From a virus (taxonomy: Duplodnaviria; Caudoviricetes): 62,665 nucleotides of DNA. The stretch lies in IMG/VR virus record IMGVR_UViG_3300018080_000186, positions 1 to 62,665 of that record; one strand, 5' to 3'. The translations under genes were made by a program, and so were the position numbers. Each line of letters opens with the position of its first letter. Positions within the stretch are counted from its first letter, which is position 1. A model generated the notes under the pieces. That model was not told where the DNA came from, ran no database searches, and saw only the letters and a program-made list of their open reading frames with translations. This document shows positions 49,534 through 56,779 of the stretch, in pieces.

Positions 49534-49544
49534 CCCCCATGACA

Positions 49545-49695
49545 TAGCCGCGGTCGCGGGCCTGACATAGAACTGCCCCGGGGAGCGAGGTTGGGGGGGA
49601 CCTTCTCCTCCGGGGCATGGGGCCCTGGAGAACGCGGGGCGTCAGGCTCCCCAGGGCGCGACGGCCAACCACCTTCACCACCTACCCTACCGTCA
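49545..49695 (-). ncRNA. Candidate structured ncRNA with a pseudoknot
   Basis: Leftward TTGACA-N17-TATACC promoter (49730-49702); nested stems with minus-strand G:U pairs; no credible ORF. Confidence 0.55.
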
Positions 49696-49726
49696 AGACT
49701 AGGTATACCGAGGGTCGCAGGATCTG

Positions 49727-50095
49727 TCAACGGACGTGCGGACGGATGCCCTTGATCGCCTCCATCACATCGGCGTGGAAGCCTTTCTCCATTCGGTGAG
49801 CTGTGTTGCTGATGACCGAGATCAACTTCGAGCGGATCTCGGCGTAGGCGGCGAGCATGGCCCTCATCTCGGGGCTGACCTTCTCACCGAGGCCGAAGTG
49901 GAGGAGGAACCGGGCGGCCTCTGAGCGGTTTCCCACGACGGCCTGGCCCTCGCACTTCGGGCAGGTGGAGCCGTCGCTGAGAACGGTGTCACCCTGACAC
50001 TTCGGGCAATCCTGTGGGAATTCTTGAACTGCGAAGGCCTCGAGATCGGCCAGGAGCTCTTCGTGTACCTTGACGGTCAGCGGATACGTCTTCAC
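49727..50095 (-). CDS. RHH-like regulator with an inserted zinc ribbon
   Basis: YPLTVKVHEELLADLE [CPKC...CPKC] NRSEAARFLL; GGGAGG RBS; TTGCCA-N18-TAGGGT promoter. Confidence 0.65.
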   Translation of the reverse strand: MKTYPLTVKVHEELLADLEAFAVQEFPQDCPKCQGDTVLSDGSTCPKCEGQAVVGNRSEAARFLLHFGLGEKVSPEMRAMLAAYAEIRSKLISVISNTAHRMEKGFHADVMEAIKGIRPHVR

Positions 50096-50159
50096 CCACG
50101 CCTCCCAGTGCCCCGTGGAGCACCCTATCACCCGCTGCACTTGAATGGCAAGTTGACGA

Positions 50160-50270
50160 CACACCTCCCCCAACTGGAGCAAGGGGAGGCTGACCATGCT
50201 GTAGTTGCATGTCGGTGGGAGCCGAACACGCGGGCCGACCCCCGAAGGGGCGGTACAGGTGGGTCACCTG
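50160..50270 (-). ncRNA. Candidate antisense sRNA complementary to the GGGAGCCGAACA boxes
   Basis: Minus strand: C(UUCG)G hairpin (50253-50235), seed CGUGUUCGGCUCCCA (50230-50216), terminal GCCUCCCC/GGGGAGGU hairpin (50190-50163); TTGACA at 50300-50295. Confidence 0.6.
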
Positions 50271-50397
50271 GGTTGTCCCACGAGAGGATCCTGGTGTCAA
50301 GCAAGGTCGCTGAATCACAGCCTGAAATGGCCGTTGTGGCCGTTGCTTCGTCATTTTTCTGGACGGATGTCACAGGGGTGTGCTACAGATCGTGACC

Positions 50398-50595
50398 ATG
50401 GGAGCCGAACAGTTCGTGGATGCGAGGACACTTGCCGATCGCCTGGGTCTCTCGACCCGCACCATCTACACCTACGTCAGCGAGGGGAGGATCCCCTTCA
50501 TCAGGCTCCGTCACAGCCCCGTGCCACGATATAGGTTCAACATCACGGAAGTGATCGAACACCTGAGAGGAGAAAGTCATGAACGCACCAAGTGA
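50398..50595 (+). CDS. Excisionase/Cro-like HTH protein; first gene of the replication operon
   Basis: LA.RLGLS.RTIY.YV.EGRIP..R.....YRF pattern; begins with the box motif (50400-50411). Confidence 0.8.
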   Translation: MGAEQFVDARTLADRLGLSTRTIYTYVSEGRIPFIRLRHSPVPRYRFNITEVIEHLRGESHERTK

Positions 50596-51547
50596 GAGCC
50601 AGCAGGATCCGAAGGTCGAGCTCGTGGCTGCAATGCCCGACCGTCCTGACCCCGACGATCTTCACATGAGGATCATCCGCTCGGCCAAGAACATGAAGCA
50701 GCTCGTGGAGGCGTACAAGATGGTACGCACCCATGTGCTCGACATGACGGAGCCCGACGACTGGATGATCCACGGACAGGATGGAGACCCGGATCCCAGG
50801 GTCTACCTCTGCGCCGACGGCGCCATCAGGATCGGACTCGGCCTCGGCGTTCAGTGGGGCGGCTTCAAGCAGGAGAGGATCGAGCACCAGGACTCCAACG
50901 GAGCCTTCTACGAGATCGTGACCACGGCCCACTTCATGTACTGCGGCCGCTACATCGAGGCGACCGGCTCCGCGGACACCCGCGACAGCTTCTTCTCCCA
51001 TCAGGGCCAGCTCGACAGCGACGATGTCGACATCCAGAACATCCGCTACAAGAGCGAGACGGCGTGCGTGCGCCGTGGCATCTCGGCCGTGCTCGCGCTG
51101 CGTGGGCTTCGAGTCTCCCACCTGCCCGATTCGATGAAGAGCCGTGTCCTCGGCAACACCGTCGGGTACGTGAAGGGCAACAAGGGCGGCAGCATCCAGG
51201 AGAAGGGTGAGCGCGAGCTCGCGGTGAAGTGCTGGAATGCCTGCATCACCATGTGCGGCGGCGACGTGGATGTCGCGACCAAACTGCTCGAGACGGTCAC
51301 CAAGTTCAAGGGCGACGACGGCGACGTCTGGGTGAAGGGTCCCGAGCACCTCAAGAAGATCAAGAGCGGCTGGCTGCAGCGCGTGAAGAACGATCTCGAG
51401 AAGGAGTGGCGGATGTGGAACGAGAAGGGCGCCATCCCCTACGTCATGGCCGACTTCGAGGCACCCCCCGAGGAGGGCCAGGGCGATGGTGGCGCTGACG
51501 GTGAGCCGAGCTCCGAGGAGCCCCCAGTCCAGAATCCGCTCGGGTGA
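50579..51547 (+). CDS. Putative single-strand annealing protein (Rad52/ERF-like)
   Basis: L..DGA.RI...G, G.A..RD.FF, N..K..T....R.I motifs; acidic tail; adjacent to an exonuclease. Confidence 0.55.
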   Translation: MNAPSESQQDPKVELVAAMPDRPDPDDLHMRIIRSAKNMKQLVEAYKMVRTHVLDMTEPDDWMIHGQDGDPDPRVYLCADGAIRIGLGLGVQWGGFKQERIEHQDSNGAFYEIVTTAHFMYCGRYIEATGSADTRDSFFSHQGQLDSDDVDIQNIRYKSETACVRRGISAVLALRGLRVSHLPDSMKSRVLGNTVGYVKGNKGGSIQEKGERELAVKCWNACITMCGGDVDVATKLLETVTKFKGDDGDVWVKGPEHLKKIKSGWLQRVKNDLEKEWRMWNEKGAIPYVMADFEAPPEEGQGDGGADGEPSSEEPPVQNPLG

Positions 51548-51550
51548 TCC

Positions 51551-52573
51551 ATGGAGACACTGGGGATCGCCAAGAGGCTGGATGAGGAAGCGAAGGGCCG
51601 GATCAAGATCTGGCCGGCGAAGTCGAACCGGGCCTCCTCGCTCGGCCGGCCCTGCATCCGCTACCACGTCCTGAGACGGACCAGGTGGAACGAGATGCGG
51701 GCCCACGACCTCGGACTGCAGCGGGTCTTCGATGAGGGAGTGGCGCAGGAGAAGATCGTCCTGCAGCGCCTCATGGCCATCGGCGTCGAGGTGCTCGAGC
51801 AGCAGCGTGCGTTCCGGGTGCCGCCACGGTGTCAGGGGTGCGGTCACTTCCGCGACATGTTCCAGACCACGGCCGCGTGCCCCGAGTGCGGCACCGACGA
51901 CTGGTACGACTACCAGATCACCGGCCACATCGACGGCATGGTGGACGACGGGATGGGCTACCACATTCCCCTTGAGATCAAGAGCATGAGCCCGTGGGCG
52001 TTCAACACCCTCTACTCCGCCGAGGACCTTGTGGAGACCATGCTCGCCGGCCCTCCGCACCACCAGACCTACCCGCCGCAGCTCCTGCTCTACATGAAGT
52101 TCACCGGCAAGCCTCGGGGCGCGTGGCTCTTCAAGGAGAAATTGGCGGGCCGACATCACGATCCCGTGATCTACCTCTCCCCCCACGAGCACATCATCGA
52201 GGGGCTGCTCGACAAGGCCCGGGTCATCAATGATCACATCGAGCAGAAGACCGAACCGGATCCTATCAACGACTACTCGATCTGCTCGGCGTGTGGGTTC
52301 AACCACATCTGCCTGCCTGGCCATGAGGGCAAGCAGGCGATCATGGACGCGGAGCTCGAGTGGTACGTGGATGAGAAGCGCAAGCGCGAGGATAGCATTC
52401 GCGATGTGAAGGCCGAGATCCGGGCCCTCGAGGACGAGATCAAGGAGAGAACGAAGGGGCGCGAGGAGATGATCATCAGCGGCAAGTACCGCTGTGTACC
52501 TCGCACCGTGAACGTGAAGCCTCGAGAGGGGTACTCCTACACCAAGTACGAATTTCAGAACGCGACAGAGTAA
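51551..52573 (+). CDS. Cas4-like PD-(D/E)xK exonuclease with a zinc-ribbon insert
   Basis: RASSLG.PC.R, GHIDG, EIKS, Q..LY, C..C....IC motifs. Confidence 0.8.
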   Translation: METLGIAKRLDEEAKGRIKIWPAKSNRASSLGRPCIRYHVLRRTRWNEMRAHDLGLQRVFDEGVAQEKIVLQRLMAIGVEVLEQQRAFRVPPRCQGCGHFRDMFQTTAACPECGTDDWYDYQITGHIDGMVDDGMGYHIPLEIKSMSPWAFNTLYSAEDLVETMLAGPPHHQTYPPQLLLYMKFTGKPRGAWLFKEKLAGRHHDPVIYLSPHEHIIEGLLDKARVINDHIEQKTEPDPINDYSICSACGFNHICLPGHEGKQAIMDAELEWYVDEKRKREDSIRDVKAEIRALEDEIKERTKGREEMIISGKYRCVPRTVNVKPREGYSYTKYEFQNATE

Positions 52574-52577
52574 CCAC

Positions 52578-52622
52578 GACCGAGGGCCCTGCGGGAACTG
52601 CCTCCCTCGAGGGCCCTCGGTC
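52578..52622 (+). promoter_or_regulatory. Intergenic 13-bp hairpin
   Basis: GACCGAGGGCCCT / AGGGCCCTCGGTC. Confidence 0.6.
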
Positions 52623-52639
52623 ACAACATGGAGGACGAC

Positions 52640-52840
52640 ATGGCAAAGGACAACGGAAAGAAGAGCAAGACCTTCCGCAGCAAGGAGCAGATCGCATTCG
52701 AGCACGGGCGCCAGCTCATGAACTACTGCGTCGGTGCCGGGAAGTGGGACTGGGTCGAGCAGCTCACCCCGATTATCAAGGACCTCGCGCCGAGCGACCA
52801 GGCCGATCCGCAGAAGGAGCTCGCCGTCGATCCGCAGTAG
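52640..52840 (+). CDS. Hypothetical protein
   Basis: GGAGG RBS. Confidence 0.6.
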   Translation: MAKDNGKKSKTFRSKEQIAFEHGRQLMNYCVGAGKWDWVEQLTPIIKDLAPSDQADPQKELAVDPQ

Positions 52841-52889
52841 TCGGTTGACAGCGGCCGAGGGCCGTGAGAGTCTGGTTCTGCCACGAACG

Positions 52890-52998
52890 ATCTGGGAGCA
52901 CTCATGAGATCATCTACATTTTCGACCATCCGGTGGGGCCCCGTGGGGGTTTCCCAGATACCCCGTGGCCGCGGGGTCCCACCGGGTGGCCGAGGAGG
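52890..52998 (+). promoter_or_regulatory. Structured leader of the replication initiator gene (25-bp stem plus loop pseudoknot)
   Basis: 52922-52946 pairs with 52969-52993. Loop TTCCCAGAT (52951-52959) is complementary to ATCTGGGAG (52890-52898). Confidence 0.65.
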
Positions 52999-53004
52999 TG
53001 GGTG

Positions 53005-53892
53005 ATGGGGCGGTGGATCCGAGTCGACGTTCTCGTCCACGACAACCCGAAGGTCGTGGCTGCCGGATTCTGGGGAATGACGGTCATCCAGGCCGCCTGG
53101 AGGATGAGCAAGGCTCACGATCTCGACGGTGAGCTCTCCGACCGCCACTGGACCCCCCAGATGCTGCTGAGATGGACCCTGGCGACCCCAGATCAGCTCG
53201 AGGACATCCAGGACGGGATGGCGGCCTGCATCAGCGAGGGGCTGGTGGAAACCGTTACGCGTAACGACCGTAACGCATTTCAGCTACACGATTGGGACGA
53301 CTACCAGAAGGATCCGACGGCCGCCGAGAGGATGAGAAGATACCGAGAGCGAAAGAAGAAGGAGAAGAAATCTAACGTAAGTGCCCGAAAACTCGATCCA
53401 GCACCCCCCGTTACGCGTAACGGCCGTAACGTTACGCTACAGGACATGACAGGACAAGACAGAAGAATGGATGAGAGGGGACGCTCTTCTCGTATGGAGA
53501 GATCTGATTCGACAGCATTGTCAGAATCGAATGAGCATAGAGACAGCAGTATCGAGAGTAGTGATCGTAGCGCCCCCTTGGTCTGGGACCTGTGGCCCAT
53601 CTACATCGAGTTTTACAATGAGTCGAAAGGTGTCCCGCCTGCCACAAGCTCCTCCACACAGACCCAACTTGAGAAACTCTACGACTACATCGGCCAGATC
53701 ATGGATCAGGAGCAGGTGTCCTCTGCGGACGAGGATGATCGACACCAGAAGACTCTCATGTTCGCGAGGGCCGTCCTGAAAAAGTACTTCGAGAGCGATG
53801 ATGAGTTCGTGGTCAACAAGGCCGAGTTCTCCCTGGCCTACTTCGTGAGCAACGCGATGCCATCTCTTGCCAGCAAGGTTCTTGGGAAATGA
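53005..53892 (+). CDS. Phage replication initiator / replisome organizer
   Basis: WI.VD....NPK, DG.L, HDW..YQ..T.AER.RRYRE motifs; directly upstream of DnaB. Confidence 0.75.
   Translation: MGRWIRVDVLVHDNPKVVAAGFWGMTVIQAAWRMSKAHDLDGELSDRHWTPQMLLRWTLATPDQLEDIQDGMAACISEGLVETVTRNDRNAFQLHDWDDYQKDPTAAERMRRYRERKKKEKKSNVSARKLDPAPPVTRNGRNVTLQDMTGQDRRMDERGRSSRMERSDSTALSESNEHRDSSIESSDRSAPLVWDLWPIYIEFYNESKGVPPATSSSTQTQLEKLYDYIGQIMDQEQVSSADEDDRHQKTLMFARAVLKKYFESDDEFVVNKAEFSLAYFVSNAMPSLASKVLGK
53253..53465. repeat. Iteron-like palindromes, putative replication origin
   Basis: CGTTACGCGTAACG (53253-53266), CCGTTACGCGTAACGG (53408-53423), CGTAACGTTACG (53425-53436), then 5-bp ACAnG repeats. Confidence 0.65.
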
Positions 53893-55337
53893 GCGCCCCC
53901 ATCGGTACATACCAGGGCAAGACTCCTCCGCACTCAACCGAGGCCGAGCAGTCAGTGCTTGGCGCTGTCCTTCTTAGGCAAAACGTGATGGACGAGATCG
54001 TGGATGTGGTGAGGGTCAGCGACTTCTTCCACGAGGCCAACGGTACGATCTTCGACGCGATGTGCGATCTGCACGAGAAGCGCAAGCCCATCGACCCGGT
54101 CACCCTTGGTGAGAAGCTCAGATCCAAGGGGATGCTCGAACAGGTGGGCGGGCTGCAGTACATCATCTCGCTCCCCGACAAGGTGGTGACCACGGCGAAC
54201 ATCCGGCAGCACGCTCGCATCATCGCTAACTCGTCCACGTACCGTGCTGTCGCCGGAGTCTGCATGGACACGCTCCAGCAGGTCTACAACTGGGACCTCG
54301 ATGACGCGCCCAATTACGCTTCGGATGTGCAGGGGCGACTTGACGAGGTCGTGGACCGTCGAGAGCAGCAAAGGATCGCCTCCATACGCGAGGGAGTCTC
54401 GCAGACACTCAAGAAGATGAACGAGGAGCTCAAGAGCCCCAGGACGCTCACGGGGGTCTCCACTGGATTCTTCGGAGTCGATCAGTTCACGCAGGGATTG
54501 CAGCCATCGGATCTGATCATCGTCGCAGGCCGTCCGTCGATGGGCAAGACAGCCGTGGCGATGAACATGGCCGTCAACGCGGCGAAGAGCGAGGTCGAGT
54601 TCGTCAAGGAGCACGGAGAGGAAGACGATCAGCCACGGAGGATCGCAGTCTTCTCCTTGGAGATGAGCACGGACAAGCTGATTCGACGGATGCTCGCGGT
54701 TGAGGCTGGCGTACCGGGATGGAGGCTGATGAATCCAAAGAGCCTCTCCACGAAGGCAACCGAGAGCATCGTGGCCGCTGGGGGCGCCCTCGATGCTCTC
54801 CCGATTGTCATCGATGACACGGATGGGATGAACGTGCGTGACATTGTGGTTAGGTCACGCCGACTCAACCGACGACAGCCGCTGTCGATGGTCGTCGTGG
54901 ACTACCTGCAGATCGTGAAGGCTCTTCCGCGCAAGGGAGATAAGTACAACCGGGACCGCGAGCTCGGGGAGATCACCGCTGCCCTGAAGGGGCTCGCGAA
55001 GGAGCTGCAGATCCCCGTGCTCCTCATCAGCCAGCTCAACCGTGGCAACGAGTCGAGACAGGACAAGCGGCCTCAGCTTTCGGATCTGCGAGAGTCGGGA
55101 GCCATCGAGCAGGATGCCGACGTCGTGGCCTTCATTCACCGCGAGGCCTACTACGACGAGAAGGCTGATCGCGAGCTGGCCGAGCTCATCTTCCGCAAGC
55201 AGCGCAACGGTCCCCTCGGCACCGTGCTGCTTCGATGGGAGGAGCACATCACCAGGTTCAGCAACACCGCGGAGCAAGACGAGCTCGCGGCCTCATTCGA
55301 GCAGGAGGGGTTCGATTGGGATCAGCAACCATCCTAG
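53889..55337 (+). CDS. dnaB: Replicative DNA helicase DnaB
   Basis: EAEQSVLG, GRPSMGKT, FSLEM, VDYLQ, SQLNR, DLRESGAIEQDAD, KQRNG motifs. Confidence 0.97.
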   Translation: MSAPIGTYQGKTPPHSTEAEQSVLGAVLLRQNVMDEIVDVVRVSDFFHEANGTIFDAMCDLHEKRKPIDPVTLGEKLRSKGMLEQVGGLQYIISLPDKVVTTANIRQHARIIANSSTYRAVAGVCMDTLQQVYNWDLDDAPNYASDVQGRLDEVVDRREQQRIASIREGVSQTLKKMNEELKSPRTLTGVSTGFFGVDQFTQGLQPSDLIIVAGRPSMGKTAVAMNMAVNAAKSEVEFVKEHGEEDDQPRRIAVFSLEMSTDKLIRRMLAVEAGVPGWRLMNPKSLSTKATESIVAAGGALDALPIVIDDTDGMNVRDIVVRSRRLNRRQPLSMVVVDYLQIVKALPRKGDKYNRDRELGEITAALKGLAKELQIPVLLISQLNRGNESRQDKRPQLSDLRESGAIEQDADVVAFIHREAYYDEKADRELAELIFRKQRNGPLGTVLLRWEEHITRFSNTAEQDELAASFEQEGFDWDQQPS

Positions 55338-55858
55338 CCGTGGACCCCGGTGCCTCGAGCGGATGGGCGATCCTCACGGGCATGAAGGTGGCCGACTGGG
55401 GGGTCGTGAGGCTCGGCAATGTCAACGCACCCGATGAGATGAGAATGGTGGGCTCCCAGGCCGTCCGGCTCGGGGCCCGCACCATGATCATCGAGGGTCC
55501 GTTCCCCTTCACCCCACCTCACGCGAAAGATCTGGAGGAGGACGACAAGGTCCGCATCGGATGGCGCACAGGATACTCCCTCGGCGTGTCGCGTGGACGG
55601 TGGGAGCAGACTGCCCTGCTCGTCGGTCTCGGCGTCGAGGAGGTCAATCCGAGGACCTGGCAGGCTGCTACGGTTGGCACGGGCCGTCGAGAGCAGCAGA
55701 TCGCGAAGTACCGAGACCGAGCGGCCTCAATGGCGAAGGTTTCGGCAAAGGAGATCCCCGCTGACGCTGCTGCTGCCATCTGCATCGGTGACTGGTGGAT
55801 GGTTCGCGAGCGCATTCAGCCCCCCTGGAAGAAGGGCGGATTCCGCCTGAAACCCTGA
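55316..55858 (+). CDS. RuvC-like Holliday junction resolvase
   Basis: LAVDPG..SGWA, IIE, P.TW, DAAAAI.I motifs. Confidence 0.75.
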   Translation: MGSATILAVDPGASSGWAILTGMKVADWGVVRLGNVNAPDEMRMVGSQAVRLGARTMIIEGPFPFTPPHAKDLEEDDKVRIGWRTGYSLGVSRGRWEQTALLVGLGVEEVNPRTWQAATVGTGRREQQIAKYRDRAASMAKVSAKEIPADAAAAICIGDWWMVRERIQPPWKKGGFRLKP

Positions 55859-55862
55859 TCTG

Positions 55863-55987
55863 ACCGGACCATAGGCACCGGAGAGGCACCGGACGATGTT
55901 TCGGAAAATGCTCCGGTTGAGGATCCGGTAGAGGATCCGGTCGATTCATCGGTTCCTTGACATCCCCTGCAGCCCTCTGATACCACT
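55863..55987 (+). promoter_or_regulatory. Phased ACCGGA/TCCGGT box array upstream of a TTGACA promoter
   Basis: YCGG cores at 55864, 55878, 55889, 55901, 55913, 55925, 55937 and 55949; TTGACA at 55957. Confidence 0.55.
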
Positions 55988-56015
55988 TTGAACGTGCGGG
56001 GCAGGGGAGTGTGCG

Positions 56016-56492
56016 GTGAGTTCCAACCAGCACGACAAGCTCGGGCTGACGCCAGAGCAGATCGAAGCACTCGAAAATCCTGAGAAGCGAAAGCAGGGCG
56101 ACACCCGCGAGCTCACGCCCGAGCAGCGCAGGGCCGTCGAGAAGCGCAAGCAGGTGACCGCCCCCACCGTCTCGTCGTTCCAGCACCCAGATCAGACCTG
56201 GAAAAAGATCCAGGGACGTGAAGGACCAAGCCCCTTCGACAAGCTCCTCGAGCACAAGGGGGCGATGCTCGAGGAGGACGTGTGCTGCAAGTGCCGTCAC
56301 TTCGTGGACAAAAAGCAGGGACAGGAGGAGTTGAAGCGCGACCAGTTCTGGGAGCGTGTCTTCAACAACCACGGCGATGGCACCGATTTCAAGCTCAAGC
56401 ACATCGGTGATCCCAGGGCTTACTCCATCTGTCGTCTGAAGGGATGCGCCACGCACGAGCTCGGCATGGACTGCAAGGAGTTCGAGCAGTGA
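56016..56492 (+). CDS. Cys-containing hypothetical protein
   Basis: CCKC.HF...C......C..F pattern. Confidence 0.6.
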   Translation: MSSNQHDKLGLTPEQIEALENPEKRKQGDTRELTPEQRRAVEKRKQVTAPTVSSFQHPDQTWKKIQGREGPSPFDKLLEHKGAMLEEDVCCKCRHFVDKKQGQEELKRDQFWERVFNNHGDGTDFKLKHIGDPRAYSICRLKGCATHELGMDCKEFEQ

Positions 56493-56776
56493 CCCCAGTC
56501 GAGCTCCTGCTCTACTGGCTGGCCCCAACCCTCGCGATTGTCTACGTGGTCGGCTACTCGTTGCTGTTCGATTCCATTCGGAAGTGGACTCGGTGGCCGC
56601 AGATCATCAAGGACCTGCTCGGTTGTCCGATGTGCATCGGTGGTTGGGCCGGGATGTTCGTAGGATTCATGAACTGGATGCCGGTCGAATGGCCGGCGGG
56701 GATGCAACACGTCGCCCTCGGGTGCTGTCTGTCGATCTCGGCGCAGTATCTCATCGAGGTTTTTGGAAGGGAGTGA
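56489..56776 (+). CDS. DUF1360-like membrane protein
   Basis: TM helices and LL.CP.C.G.W motif. Confidence 0.7.
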   Translation: MTPVELLLYWLAPTLAIVYVVGYSLLFDSIRKWTRWPQIIKDLLGCPMCIGGWAGMFVGFMNWMPVEWPAGMQHVALGCCLSISAQYLIEVFGRE

Positions 56777-56779
56777 GAC

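Noticed and set aside
51551-52573. Cas4-like gene as part of a CRISPR system
   Set aside because: No repeat-spacer array or other cas genes are visible, and its position beside an annealing protein indicates a recombination exonuclease.
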